Source: Macrostomum lignano (lineage: Eukaryota). Taken from it: a DNA stretch of 64,000 nt. The translations under genes were made by a program, and so were the position numbers. Of this stretch, positions 12,227 to 25,276 are shown in pieces. The stretch is from the NCBI GenBank assembly GCA_002269645.1, contig NIVC01000712.1:186001-250000 (forward strand), given 5' to 3'. The first letter of the stretch is position 1, and each line of letters starts with the position of its first letter. The notes below the pieces were generated by a model, which had not been told where the DNA came from, did not search any database, and worked only from the letters and a program-made list of their open reading frames with translations.

Positions 12227-12915
12227 GAAAGAGTCTTTATTCTCAGTTTTATGTGATTTTATTAAGTGATGACGTCATTTTTATCTAACAAGATTTAAAC
12301 AATTACGAGTAGCAACTCGTTAAATTACTACTAAACACTGTCCACTATAAGTAGTACAAAGCGTCATGTTTAGATAGTTTCTGTAAAACACATTCCGGTT
12401 TTGATTTATTTTATAAATTTACACAATGGAAATTATTATTCATTTGCCAATTTGCCTTTTATTTTTTTACGTTTCTTAGAAACAGTTTGATCAGCGTTAC
12501 GCGATTTATGTAATAACAATTAGTGTATTACCTGCTGCAGTTACCAAACTGTATTATAAGCCTAATATGGCATCGTCTGCTTTTTTGTCCGACATTTTTT
12601 ATTAGTTTATTTATTAAGGTAAAGATATTTTTCGGTTACATAATCATTTAATTAGCGCCAATGTTTTAAACAAATTTTTCTCGGTAAACATGATTCATTA
12701 TAATATCTATTCAGAAATTAGCGGTTTTGTGTTATTCGTTTTTCTTTTCAAAATATTTTTTCTCGATGAATAACTAACTATACAGTTACTAGATTAATTT
12801 ACAATTAAGTTAAGCCGATCTGGTATCGGTTAGTATGCAAACAAACAAGTCTTCACTGTTTGCTTCGCCTGTTCCAGCTCGCAGAGTCGCCCAGCTCCAG
12901 AGCGCATTTTGAGAG

Positions 12916-14565
12916 ATGCTGACTAATGGTAACTATAGCGATGAGGCATCCGGAGCCATCGGTTGCGTCGGTGACGACTGCTACGACGCTCTCGGCTCCG
13001 ACTCGGTGTCCACACCGTCGGAAGGCAGCGACAGCGAAGTCAGCGAAGACGACCGCCTTGAAGGCTACTCAGCCGGCGGCCGAGGCCACACGGACTACTA
13101 TTCGGATTTCTATCGGACAGCCAAGACTACTGCTAGTAGTAGAGCCGGGAACCAGGCTGCCGCCAGGGCCAACACCAGAGCCTACGACGATCACGTGGAG
13201 GTAGCGACGACTGGCCGCGGTGGCAGCAGCGACGATGATGACGACGGCGAACCGCCCATCCTGCGGGACTATTGCTCGGTGACGCGGCCGGAGCTGCCGC
13301 AGCTGCGTCTGCTGCGCAATCAGCCGCCGTTCGGCTACTCGGGCGATCCGCAGATGTCGCCGAATTTTCAGCGCAATCTTCGCGACCTCATCGACGGCGG
13401 CGTAGATGGCAGCGGCGGCAGCTTCTCGGCTCCGGCGGCGTTGCGCGGTGAAGAGGCGAAAGAGGAGATCAAGGAGGAAGAGAACGGAGCGACCATGCGA
13501 ACCACCATGGACCCGCTGCTGATGCAGCAGCTGCTTCAGAAGCAGCACGAGAAACAGCACAGAGGAGGTGAGCAGGAGCTGAAGAATCTTGAGCAGGAGC
13601 AGCAATGGAGCCAGCAGCAGAAGCAGGGCAAGCAGAAGCCGCTGCAGAAAGGTCGCACTGTCAAGCGCCGAGTCCGAAAGCCCGAGGTTGTTCACGCCGG
13701 GGATCTCGCTGGGAACCGAGGCGAACTGGACGTTGACACCCTGCTGAGCTTCATCAACGGTGGCACCGCCGGGCCTGAGGCTGGCCAGCAGCTGTGCGGC
13801 GGCGAGCACGGAGCCAAGACTCAGCCGCAGCCGGCTAAAAAGAAATCTTCATCATCAGCTAAAGACAAGTCAGCATCATCAAAAACTAATTCCGCTGCCC
13901 CTGTTCCGGAGCTTAGTGCTCAAACCTCGTCGGAGAAGGAGAACAACATCAACAACATCAGCAACAACAGCAACAACAAAAACAACAACATCAACAACAA
14001 CAGAGAATACAAGGATGATGAGGCTCCGGCAGCTGCAGTTGCTGCAGAATCTAAACCACCGCCTGCACCACCCAGCGACCCGGAGCCGGTCGCAATATTC
14101 ACCGATTTCGATTCGCTGTCCTCCTGCGACAGAGAAATTCTAGCCAACGGCATGATGGATTCAACAGGCCCGCCTGAGCCAGACTTTGAAGTTGTGCTGT
14201 CTAAGAAGGATCGCCGGCAGATGCGGATGAAACCGGAGCAGCAGCAGCAGCAGAGGCCGCCTAGGAAGGCTCCAATGCATCCAAACCGCAATCGCCATCC
14301 CCACCCTCGCCAGGCCCTCTCGCACGTTGTCAATGGCAACGCTCTGGTTAACGGCAGCGCAGGCGGTTCCCTGGCTCAGTCGCCTCGGTCAGCATCTCCC
14401 GCTGCTAGTGTTCAACAGAAGCAGCAGATACTGATAAACAATCCAGATCAGTATGCCGCCTTGCTGCATCAGAAAGCTCAGGAGAACGCCTTACTTAGGC
14501 GGGATCTGGACTCTTGCAGCTCAAACTATTCTTGTTTGGTGTCGTTTCTGTATTCGCTTTGCTAA
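12916..14565 (+). CDS. Low-complexity (Q/N/S-rich) protein of unknown function; may be one large exon of a longer gene
   Basis: 549-aa GC-rich ORF; acceptor-like CCTGTTCCAG just upstream; conserved GNRGELDVDTLLSFING motif. Confidence 0.7.
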   Translation: MLTNGNYSDEASGAIGCVGDDCYDALGSDSVSTPSEGSDSEVSEDDRLEGYSAGGRGHTDYYSDFYRTAKTTASSRAGNQAAARANTRAYDDHVEVATTGRGGSSDDDDDGEPPILRDYCSVTRPELPQLRLLRNQPPFGYSGDPQMSPNFQRNLRDLIDGGVDGSGGSFSAPAALRGEEAKEEIKEEENGATMRTTMDPLLMQQLLQKQHEKQHRGGEQELKNLEQEQQWSQQQKQGKQKPLQKGRTVKRRVRKPEVVHAGDLAGNRGELDVDTLLSFINGGTAGPEAGQQLCGGEHGAKTQPQPAKKKSSSSAKDKSASSKTNSAAPVPELSAQTSSEKENNINNISNNSNNKNNNINNNREYKDDEAPAAAVAAESKPPPAPPSDPEPVAIFTDFDSLSSCDREILANGMMDSTGPPEPDFEVVLSKKDRRQMRMKPEQQQQQRPPRKAPMHPNRNRHPHPRQALSHVVNGNALVNGSAGGSLAQSPRSASPAASVQQKQQILINNPDQYAALLHQKAQENALLRRDLDSCSSNYSCLVSFLYSLC

Positions 14566-14743
14566 ACTCTTTTGTGCGGCTGTGCGCGTCTCATTGCTTC
14601 TCTTTCCTGTGCGGCCACTTGTGTGCGTGTGTGTTTTTTTCCAAGCTGCACGCTACTATGTTTGTGTCAATAGACTTCAGCATTGTTACGCTGGGTTATG
14701 ATTGAAGCTTTCTTGGGTTTACATTTAAATTGTTAGATGCATC

Positions 14744-15135
14744 AGGTGAGAGTTTAGAGATGTCTCAGGTGAGAGTTTGCAGATGTCTCAGGTGAGAGTT
14801 TACAAATGTGCATCAGGTGAGAGTTTACAGATGTCTCAGGTGAGAGTTTGCAGGTGTCTCAGGTGAGAGTTTGCAGATGTCTCAGGTGAGAGTTTGCAGG
14901 CATCTCAGGTGAGAGTTTGCAGGTGTCTCAGGTGAGAGTTTACAAATGTCTCAGGTGAGAGTTTGCAGGCATCTCAGGTGAGAGTTTGCAGATGTCTCAG
15001 GTGAGAGTTTACAGATGACTCATGTGAGAGTTTACAGATGACTCATGTGAGAGTTTACAGATGTCTCAGGTGAGAGTTTGCAGATGTCTCAGGTGAGAGT
15101 TTACAGATGTCTCAGGTGAGAGTTTGCAGGTGTCT
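14744..15135. repeat. 23-bp minisatellite
   Basis: CAGGTGAGAGTTTGCAGATGTCT, about 17 copies. Confidence 0.95.
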
Positions 15136-16177
15136 CTGGTGTTTCAGGAGCCTTGATTGGAACTGTATTCATTGATGTTGATCAGATTAGACTACAATTA
15201 CTTGTTTTGTATAACAAAAATGGTTTGCTCAGCTGCTAAAAACTTCAACCTGCCTTATGTGTCCTGAAATGTTTTGATTTTGCATAATTCTTTTATATAT
15301 TTTGTTATACTTTGAGTGGACAAATTTGAAAACTCCACAGACGGACTGGTGAATAGTCCTGTCTAATCAGAACAAACACAGTTATTTTCCATCAATTAAA
15401 GCTAATTGAAAGTTTTCACTTTTCCTAACTGTCAATATTTTGTACAGGTTTATTTAATATCCCTGTTCATTCAATACATTTTTATATATAGCTTATATTG
15501 TGCTAAATTTGATTGTACAATGAATGTGTTTTAATTCCGATGATTCCTTTGATTGATTTTTAGCACCCTGGCCGAACTGTTTCAAATTCTGCGGTGCTGT
15601 TTCAGAATTCAAACTTGTAACTTTGGCTTCAATTATCTGTCTGTATTCGTTAAACGTTTTGAATTTATTTTGATTTTAATTTGATTTAATTTTCACTTTA
15701 TTTATGTTCATGCTCGCATCGTGCTACTGCTGCAAGTAGCAACAGTAGTATGACATGGTAGTTAAATACAAACACACTCGAATGCATGCGATCCGCTTGT
15801 TCAGTTAATCCAGCTAAAAATATTTTCTGTCATATCATCTGCTTTTCTTTAGAGTTATTATTGTAATAATAATTATTATATCTTCCCTCATATTTTTCTA
15901 ATCTCCAGCATCTCATCCCGTTTCGATGTATTTTTTCTCTGTTTTCCCCTTATTCACCTGACTGTTTATTTCTGTTAATTTAGTTTTTACTGTATCCATT
16001 ATTTTTTAACACGGCTTATTCGCACCGCATGTGATACAGGTCAGCCTGTTGTTTGAATTGCTTCTTGATTCATTGCTTCTGGTGTCTTGTTTATTGTGCC
16101 TGCTTGTTGCTCAGTCTTTGTTTTGTAAATCATATCAGTTTCTATGTCAGGCTTTTTATAAAGTTTTCTACACTGGC

Positions 16178-16725
16178 ATCCCCCAGCCTCCTCATCTCAC
16201 CCTCCCCCACCCTCCTCATCTCACCCTCCCCCACCCTCCTACCCTTACCCTCCTACCACACACCCTCTTCGCCCACCCTCCTCATCTCACCCTCCTCCCC
16301 TCACCCTCCTCATCTCACCCTCCCCCACCCTCCTACCCTTACCCTCCTACCACACACCCTCTTCGCCCACCCTCCTCATCTCACCCTCCTCCCCTCACCC
16401 TCCTCATCTCACCCTCCCCCACCCTCCTACCCTTACCCTCCTACCACACACCCTCTTCGCCCACCCTCCTCATCTCACCCTCCTCCCCTCACCCTCCTCA
16501 TCTCACCCTCCCCCACCCTCCTACCCTTACCCTCCTACCACACACCCTCTTCGCCCACCCTCCTCATCTCACCCTCCTCCCCTCACCCTCCTCATCTCAC
16601 CCTCCCCCCACCCTCCTACCCTTACCCTCCTACCACACACCCTCTTCGCCCACCCTCCTCATCTCACCCTCCTCCCCTCACCCTCCTCATCTCACCCTCC
16701 TACCATCACTCTCCTCCCTCACCCT
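16178..16725. repeat. C/T-rich compound minisatellite
   Basis: CACCCTCCTCATCTCACCCTCC subunits in a higher-order repeat. Confidence 0.92.
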
Positions 16726-17447
16726 CCTCCCTTCAAACTCCTCTTCTTACCCTCTCACCTTAACCTCACCTTTTTCTCTCTCCCCATCACTCTCTCATTC
16801 AGCCTATCCTATTCTCACCCAAGTTTATCCCCTATGTAATTCCTCATTTCTGATTGTATTCACCTCTCTCTTTGCCCAGCTATCCTGTCGATTTGCTAGG
16901 ATAATTTTTCCGAAGCTGTCCTCCGTTTGCTTTGCTGTCTGATTGTTCTGTTAAATAAGGCACAATACTACTATCATGCCCAATAGACTTATTAGAGTTT
17001 TGCAGCTATTTGTTTTTAAAGCCTAAAAATATGCGATGTGCTTCTTGTGTGTATTCCCGATACTTTGTTTTTTGTTTTGCTTTAATTTAATAAGTCTTTT
17101 TTAGGCCTGGTGCACCTTCGGATACAACTCGATATGTTATGCCAAAATAATAAATTTATAATTCACGCTTACAAGCTGTATAATGCTGTTTATTTAATTG
17201 TTTTTAATATGCAGTACATGTAAATGCTAGTATTTTATGTTTATGTGTATATCGATTAACTATATCATTCAAATCGCTTGACTATAGGCTTTTTGTAATT
17301 TTTCTACGATTTAGTTCTAGGATATTTTCTCACAAAGAAACGTTCTGTTTTTTTAGTTTCCTTAACTATTGTTTTAATTTCCTTGCTTTAAACATTGTTA
17401 AAATATTAATGACAGTAGAATGGAGTGCTAAGCTAATATCTCTGTTG

Positions 17448-17985
17448 TTTTTTAGTCTATGGCAGAGCCCCTACAAGCCATAGCGGTGTGCAAGGCTGCT
17501 GTTGTTTAGTCTATGGCAGAGCTCCCATAGCGGTGTGCAAGGCTGCTGTTGTTTAGTCTATGGCAGAGCTCCCATAGCGGTGTGCAAGGCTGCTGTTGTT
17601 TAGTCTATGGCAGAGCTCCCATAGCGGTGTGCAAGGCTGCTGTTGTTTAGTCTATGGCAGAGCTCCCATAGCGGTGTGCAAGGCTGCTGTTGTTTAGTCT
17701 ATGGCAGAGCTCCCATAGCGGTGTGCAAGGCTGCTGTTGTTTAGTCTATGGCAGAGCTCCCATAGCGGTGTGCAAGGCTGCTGTTGTTTAGTCTATGGCA
17801 GAGCTCCCATAGCGGTGTGCAAGGCTGCTGTTGTTTAGTCTATGGCAGAGCTCCCATAGCGGTGTGCAAGGCTGCTATTGTTTAGTCTATCGCAGAGCCC
17901 CCATAGCGGTGTGCAAGGCTGCTATTGTTTAGTCTATCGCAGAGCCCCCATAGCGGTGTGCAAGGCTGCAGTTGTTTAGTCTATG
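17448..17985. repeat. 47-bp minisatellite, about 11 copies
   Basis: GTTTAGTCTATGGCAGAGCTCCCATAGCGGTGTGCAAGGCTGCTGTT. Confidence 0.96.
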
Positions 17986-18469
17986 CCAAATTTAGCACTC
18001 TATATCACAGGCATAAAGAAATTTAGTTTCAAGTCGACAATACAATAAGCTACTGATATGTCTGAGTAATTAATAACACAAGTAATGCAATATGCTGTTT
18101 TTAAACTCGGTAACTGAGGCGCTAATTGCTGTGCGTTGCGCTTTTGCTCTACTATGAGTACTACTTTGCTTTCTTTTAATGTGTTTTTTTTGGATTCTGA
18201 CCTTCCCAGTCCGTTTGCTTAATAGAAGTTGTTCTTAATACTTTTGGCCCTAGCCTTTCCCAAAGTAGATTTGTCAAATGTGCTCAAAATGTCATCCAGA
18301 AAAATTGCCAAGTTTTCTGTGTTTCTGGTAAAAACAAACTAATAACAATGCTTGTTTTTCTATTAAGGGAACTTGGTCTCCCGATTTTATACTAATCAAT
18401 TCGATTATTAACACGTTAGGCGTCCGAGTTTTCTTAATTCTTTATTGATGTTATTACCTTAAAGTGAGC

Positions 18470-18875
18470 GACGGTGCTTCCCAAGCCGAGTGAAACCCTG
18501 GATAGCGGGGAGTGGGGGTTGGTGGTGCTTCTCTAGCCGAGTGAACCCTGGATAGCGGGGAGTGGGGGTTGGTGGTGCTTCTCTAGCCGAGTGAACCCTG
18601 GATAGCGGGGGAGTGGGGGTTGGTGGTGCTTCTCTAGCCGAGTGAACCCTGGATAGCGGGGGAGTGGGGGTTGGTGGTGCTTCTCTAGCCGAGTGAACCC
18701 TGGATAGCGGGGGAGTGGAGGTTGGTGGTGCTTCTCTAGCCGAGTGAACCCTGGATAGCGGGGCAAGTGGGGCTTGGCGGTGCTGTCCACTGCCCTAGCT
18801 GAGTGAAACCCTGGATAGCGGGGCAGTGGGGCTTGGCTGTGCTGCCCTAGCCGATGAAATCCTGGATAGCGGGGG
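18470..18875. repeat. About 51-bp G-rich minisatellite
   Basis: TAGCCGAGTGAACCCTGGATAGCGGGGGAGTGGGGGTTGGTGGTGCTTCTC. Confidence 0.94.
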
Positions 18876-18982
18876 TTGAAAGTAATGCGGTATAATTAAA
18901 TTTTAAAGCCGAGCTCTTATCTCTAGTGCATAATAAACTCATGCGATTAACAACAGTTGACTGCAAACAAACATTGATAGAA

Positions 18983-19240
18983 ATGTCATCATCCGACAAG
19001 AGCCAGCCTGCCAGCTGGGCTGACCTTTCGGCTTACATATCCAACTGCAGACGCCTGGAATCCATGCCAGCCAATTTGCAAGCCTCCATAGACGAGTTGA
19101 AGTCAATCGATGCCCGTCTTGGGAAGGCAGCGGCTGTGTTCGACGAGGGCCTGCAGCTGAGCCTGGATGCAGCGGCAACTTACTACAGTAGCGCCGCAAC
19201 AGTTAAACAAGGCATCGTTTCAGAGGCGCACAAAAACTGA
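18983..19240 (+). CDS. Putative small helical/coiled-coil protein (85 aa)
   Basis: GC-richer non-repetitive ORF (MSSSDKSQPASWADLSAY...) in AT-rich flanks, with AATAAA just after the stop. No family recognised. Confidence 0.4.
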   Translation: MSSSDKSQPASWADLSAYISNCRRLESMPANLQASIDELKSIDARLGKAAAVFDEGLQLSLDAAATYYSSAATVKQGIVSEAHKN

Positions 19241-20084
19241 ACAATAAAGTAATTATAAAAATGCCTCCTAACTAAACGCTAAAATACATTTTCACGGTTA
19301 TGAATTTTTTCATCGAAAATTCTTGAAAAGATTTCCGATCGCTCCTACTTACAGTAGAGCGAACGGAGTAAGCATTTTGGTAGAGTCGTGTATTTAAATT
19401 CCATATATATTTCATTCATTCGTTTCATTCATTTGTCAATAATTCGTGTAGGGGCGTTTGATCCTGCAGTTAATCAACTGGATACCCGCCAAGGGTAGGA
19501 GTTGGCAATTTCTCGGATCTGTACACGAAACGCGTGTTATTGTGCTTTTGTCTTTTGTCTTGGCTCTTGCCTGTGTGTGTGTTTGCAATCTAATAGGATT
19601 TTATAGATTCTTTATTGCCTGCAGTAATCTTCTCTAGCTAATGCCTTGCAGAAATTCTACATACGGTAAGGCGTCACATGCTTTGCGGAAGCGAACCAGG
19701 AACCTCTCTACTCTGCATAGTGTGTGAGCATATAGCTCAGATTCACAGCTGTGTGAATCCGAAAATTGTGTCGCACGCTACTGTGGGACGGCCCGACAGT
19801 CTGTCACTAGCTATTTAAACAATAATCTCTACCCGAGGCACGGTGAACAGTTTATGTTTATATGATTTATATTTGAATTAACCCGACTGTAATATAATAT
19901 ACAATAATGCAAACATCTACAATCTACATGCAGTGTACAGCTGTACATGTATAGTTCTGAGCCTGTCCTATCCAAGGACCACTAGGAACACTTCGTTATA
20001 TCTAGTCTAGCAGTCCTTGGTCCTATCATTGTAAAAAACTCAATCTTCTGTCATTGTGGCGGTCCCTTCAGTTCAATATTGCCT

Positions 20085-20575
20085 CTCAGTGTCACCTCAG
20101 TGCCCCTTCAGTATCGCACTATCGCTTCAGTACCCTTCAGTGTCGCCTCAGTGCCCCTTCAGTGTCGCCTCAGTGCACTTCAGCAGTCGCTTCAGTGCTC
20201 CTTCAGTGTCGCCTCAGTGCCCCTTCAGTATCGCTTCAGTGCCCTTCAGTATCACTCTCAGTACCCGGCCTTCAGTATCGCTTCAGTGCCCCTTCAGTGT
20301 CGCCTCAGTGCCCCTTCAGTGTCGCCTCAGTGCACTTCAGCGGTCGCCTCAGTGCCCCTTCAGTATCGCTTCAGTGCCCTTCAGTGTCACTCTCAGTACC
20401 CGGCCTTCAGTATCGCCTCAGTGCCCCTTCAGTGTCGCCTCAGTGCCCCTCAGTGTCACTCAATACCCCTTCAGTAGCTTCAGTGCCCTTTAGTGTCACG
20501 TCACCTCAGTGCACTTTAGTGTCACCTCCGTGCCCTTCAGTGTCACTTCAGTGCCCCTTCAGCGGTTACCTCAGT
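20085..20575. repeat. Degenerate 11-13-bp minisatellite
   Basis: CAGTGCCCCTT and CAGTGTCGCCT subunits. Confidence 0.9.
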
Positions 20576-21254
20576 GTCTCCTTCCCCCCTTCATAGCGAC
20601 AGCTGAGATCGTGTTCACCTTTCCAAACAAAGCATTGCAGCATCCTTTTGCATGCGCACATTTACTGCATTCATTGCACCTTTTAAGCGCCCCTCAATAT
20701 GCATGGCGCCATGCCGCTGTTTCGTAAACGCATAGCGTAGATTTACGAGAGCGAGAATTGCTGACACTTGCCTGCTTGCACGCAGTTTGCACACACTGTA
20801 TGCTAAGGTATATATTTACACACAAACGCCCCGACTGCACAACACTATGCAAGTGTACAGCTGAGCACGAATGCAGAGACTTATATTATACATTTTGTGT
20901 ATCGTGCGACTGCATTGCAATTGAAATGGGCGGGCGCCAGCTCAGAGAGCCAACACAATAAAAAATATGGCCTGACTAAAACAGCTATTTTAGTCGTCTT
21001 ATATTAAGAAGAGCTGACCGCGCGCTTCGGTTCAACTCTTATAAGATCGAAACCAGCATACAACTCCCAGTATATAACTGTATCCCATTCAGTTTAGTTA
21101 TTCTGAGCAGAACAAACCTATACCAAATTATACTTAAGCATTAAATAGAAAGTATATACCTACATGCATCGAATACTATGTGTGAATGTCAGAAAGATTT
21201 TTAACTTCTAAACCAAGTTGTTATAAAGCCTATAGCAACTGATCGCTCAGCAGC

Positions 21255-23519
21255 ATGACTGCCAATGGCGCTCCCAGCAGTTCGCACAAGCGCGGTCACC
21301 GGCGAGTGAGTAGCGACGGGAATGTCACCTTTAAACGGCGATCAACCAGCGAAATCATGACAGCCATTCAGCTGGGCATCGAGTACACTGTCAGCCGGGA
21401 GAATCACGTGAGTTGGGATCTTTTACTGACTGCTTGTCGTGTGCGTATGCGTGAGATCGTTATATCAGCCCCGATCCGGTGGGGAAAACTCGGTGGGGAA
21501 AACTCGGTGAGGAAAACTCGGTGGGGAAACTCGATGAGGAAAACTCGGTGGGGAAAACTCGGTGGGGAAAACACGGTGAGGAAAACTCGGTGGGGAAAAC
21601 TCGGTGGGGAAACTCGATGAGGAAAACTCGGTGGGGAAAACTCGGTGGGGAAAACTCGGTGGGGAAAACTCGGTGGGGAAAACTCGGTGGGGAAAACTCG
21701 TTGGGGAAAACTCAGTGGTAGAATCTCGGTGGGGAAAACTCGGTGGGGAAACTCAGTGGGTAAAACTCGGTGACGAAAACTCAGTGGTAGAATCTCAATG
21801 GGGAAAACTCGGTGAGGAAACTCAGTGGGTAAAACTCGGTGACGAAAACTCAGTGGGAGAATCTCGGTGGGGAAAACTCAGTGAGAGAATCTCGGTGGGG
21901 AAAACTCGGTGAAGAAAACTCGGTGGGGAAAACTCGGTGGGGAAAACTCGGTGAGGAAAACTCGGTGGGGAAAACTCGGTGGGGAAACTCGATGGTAGAA
22001 TCTCGGTGGGGAAAACTCGGTGGGGAAACTCAGTGGGTAAAACTCGGTGACGAAAACTCAGTGGTAGAATCTCAATGGGGAAAACTCGGTGAGGAAACTC
22101 AGTGGGTAAAACTCGGTGACGAAAACTCAGTGGGAGAATCTCGGTGGGGAAAACTCAGTGAGAGAATCTCGGTGGGGAAAACTCGGTGAAGAAAACTCGG
22201 TGGGGAAAACTCGGTGGGGAAAACTCGGTGAGGAAAACTCGGTGGGGAAAACTCGGTGGGGAAACTCGATGAGGAAAACTCGGTGGGGAAAACTCGGTGG
22301 GGAAAACTCGGTGGGGAAAACTCGGTGGGGAAAACTCGTTGGGGAAAACTCAGTGGTAGAATCTCGGTGGGGAAAACTCGGTGGGGAAACTCAGTGGGTA
22401 AAACTCGGTGACGAAAACTCAGTGGGAGAATCTCGGTGGGGAAAACTCGGTGGGGAAAACTCAGTGAGAGAATCTCGGTGGGGAAAACTCGGTGAAGAAA
22501 ACTCGGTGGGGAAAACTCGGTGGGGAAAACTCGGTGGGGAAAACTCGGTGAGGAAAACTCGGTGAGGAGAACTCGGTGGGAGAATCTCGATGAGGGAAAA
22601 CTCGGTGAGAAATCACATTGGAAAGAATGAAAACATGGGATCAGGGCGGGTGCACACGCATGCTGTTCTCCAGACCTGAAATCTTTTAACTCTGCAGACG
22701 CCTATGCGCGATTTGCTGACGCACGACTTTTGCGTTGTCGAGTCGTTCAACTTCCCCAGCGACGGCGGCCGCGGCACTCCGGCGCACAAGCTGAGCAGCT
22801 TCGCCTTCAAGTGCTACGCGCCTGCCGCATTCCGACAGTTCCGCCGATTCTACGGCATCAACATGGCCCAGTTTCTGCACTCCATCTGCGCCAGCAGCCT
22901 CCTCGAGCTGCCCAACGCCGGCGCGTCCGGTTCGATTTTCTTTCGCACAGCGGACGATTGCTTCATCATCAAGACGGTGCAGAGAGGCGAGGCCAAGTAC
23001 CTGCGCCGCCTGCTGCAGCAGTACTACATCACCCTGACACAGAATCCCGGCACTCTGCTGCCCAAGTTCTACGGCCTCTACTGCTACAAGTGCGGATCCA
23101 AGCGCATCAGGTTTGCAGTGATGAACAACCTGCTGCCCTCCAGAGTGCCAATCTGCGAGAAATTCGACCTCAAAGGCTCCACGTACAAGCGACGAGCCAG
23201 CCCAGAGGAGAAAGCCAAGGCCTGTCCGACCCTGAAGGATCTGGACTTTCGAGAAATTCACCCGTCGGGACTCTTGTTGGAGGCTGAGGCGTACGATCAG
23301 CTGGTTGACACCCTGGCCAGGGACTGCTTAGTGCTGAGGTCGTTCAGCATCATGGACTACAGTCTGCTGGTTGCGGTGTGCAACTTGGACTGTCCCGATG
23401 CCGTCTGCGGTGACTCGGAGGTCAAGTGAGTTAAGACCTCTAGATAATAGATGGACGAGACACTTCTTGCTTGAAAAATGAAAATGTTCAGCCTGTCTGT
23501 CTGTCTGTCTGTCTGTCTA

Positions 23520-23560
<41 letters not shown>

Positions 23561-23980
23561 GTGTCTGTCTGTCTGTCTGTCTCTAAATTTGCTTCCAAAA
23601 ACGTGTCCCTCAGACCGACTCATCAGCTGATCCCGACGCCCCAGCCGGACGCGATCGCACCGCACCCGCCTTCAACCGAGCAGCAGCGGTGGTATCCGGC
23701 ATCGGCGACGGCGCCACCCGCAGATCCCGAGCTCGAGTCCGCCATCAAGCGGAGCCCAATCTCCGGCCTGCCAGCCAGGAACGAGAGAGGCGACCGGCTG
23801 CTGCTGTACGTGGGCATTGTGGACATCCTGCAGGACTACAGGCTCGCCAAGAGAATGGAGCACACCATGTGGTCGCTGGTGACGGACGCCGAATCCGTTA
23901 GCGTCGTGCATCCAGACTTTTATTCAACTCGATATCAGAGCTTCCTGCGCGAGTTCGTGTTTAAACGATCGGTAGATTGA
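21255..23980 (+). CDS. PIP5K1: Type I phosphatidylinositol 4-phosphate 5-kinase, three exons
   Basis: join(21255..21407,22698..23425,23614..23980), phases 0 and 2 consistent. Motifs AIQLGIEYTV, FKCYAPAAFRQFR, GASGSIFF, FIIKTV, LLPKFYGLY, FDLKGSTYKR, MDYSLL and GIVDILQDY. Confidence 0.93.
21473..22612. repeat. 14-bp minisatellite in PIP5K intron 1
   Basis: GGGGAAAACTCGGT variants. Confidence 0.95.
23492..23582. repeat. (GTCT)n microsatellite in PIP5K intron 2
   Basis: Seen directly. Confidence 0.95.
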
Positions 23981-24202
23981 TTGATTCTTTCATATATGAT
24001 TCTCTCTCATGCCTTTCTGTACTGTTGTGTCTTCAATATATGCACATGTCTGCCTAATAGCATGGATAGTCATTAATCAAGGCGAAATGCAGTCGAGCCT
24101 CAACCAGCAAGGAGGCAATTAAACAGTCATGTGCACTTTCCGCTGATCTCTGAGCACGGATACACGGGGTGTACAGTGCATGGCCCTGACTTTCTGACAG
24201 CG

Positions 24203-24470
24203 CCAGCTACAGAGGGGGTGCCAGCTACAGAGGGGGCGCCAGCTACAGATCAGGGGGGGGGGCGCCAGCTACAGAGGGGGCGCCAGCTACAGAGGGGGCG
24301 GCAGCTACAGAGGGGGCGCCAGCTACAGAGGGGGCGCCAGCTACAGAGGGGGCGGCAGCTACAGAGGGGGCGGCAGCTACAGAGGGGGCGCCAGCTACAG
24401 AGGGGGGCGGCAGCTACAGAGGGGGCGCCAGCTACAGAGGGGGCGCCAGCTACAGAGGGGGCGTCAGCTA
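24203..24470. repeat. 18-19-bp minisatellite
   Basis: GCCAGCTACAGAGGGGGC variants. Confidence 0.92.
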
Positions 24471-25119
24471 TACCGAGGCGACAGCTGTGACAGCTGCTGG
24501 AAGCTGGGTGCAAGGAACCGCCGCTTGTCAGTGAGCGCATACAGATAGTGTAACAATATAATGCCCATTAATTTTCATATCTTTCTATGCATGTAATTTC
24601 ATTTTCCAGGAAAGATTGTCTAGGCTTAAATAAAGATTTTAAAATAATGAGCTTGTCTCTTGCAGTGTACAGAGGTTCTCTCGTAAATTCTGATACAGCT
24701 GTATGAAAATAACATGTCCGAATGTACACCTCATATGTACATTTGCAAGTAACCTATACATTATACATGCACAGTACGTCAGTACATTCCTTTTAAATTG
24801 AGTTTTGCTCAATATTTTTTTCTGATCTACTAAATTAACTTCCATGTCCATTGCGCAAAAGAATAATTGATATTCTCTGAAAAAAATAATGTTATAAATA
24901 AAACTGCATAGCTATTATCTGGAATCAAATTTTGAGCCCCAGTTGTTTGGAGTTGGGAATCAAAGTAAAATGTTTATTCATTTTTTCATTTTGCTACAAA
25001 ATTTAAACCGTTGCTTGTTTTGTACTTTTTATGGTCGATTTTCTTGCGGTTTTACTTTTAGTAGAGTAGTTCGAAAAAGATAGTTCAACCAAATTTTCTA
25101 TTATTTTCTCCCTGTTTGC

Positions 25120-25195
25120 AGCCAGCCAATCAGGCGCAAGATCGTTGCTAACGCGGTTGCTAAGACTTTTATCAGCTCGTGTTTGGTATATAACG
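25120..25195 (+). promoter_or_regulatory. CCAAT box and TATA box upstream of H2A
   Basis: AGCCAATCAG near 25124-25133 and GTATATAA near 25186-25193. Confidence 0.6.
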
Positions 25196-25276
25196 CTGAG
25201 AGATCCGCTCGAAAAGCATTATCACGCTCTCTGCAATAATTCTCTAAGTCTTACATCTATCTTATCCGAATTCATC

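Noticed and set aside
17448-17985. CRISPR-like regularity
   Set aside because: Head-to-tail repeats with no unique spacers, no cas genes, and a eukaryotic context.
25145-25276. N-terminal extension of H2A in the ORF track
   Set aside because: Starts at a TTG upstream of the TATA box; the canonical MSGRGK start is at 25277.
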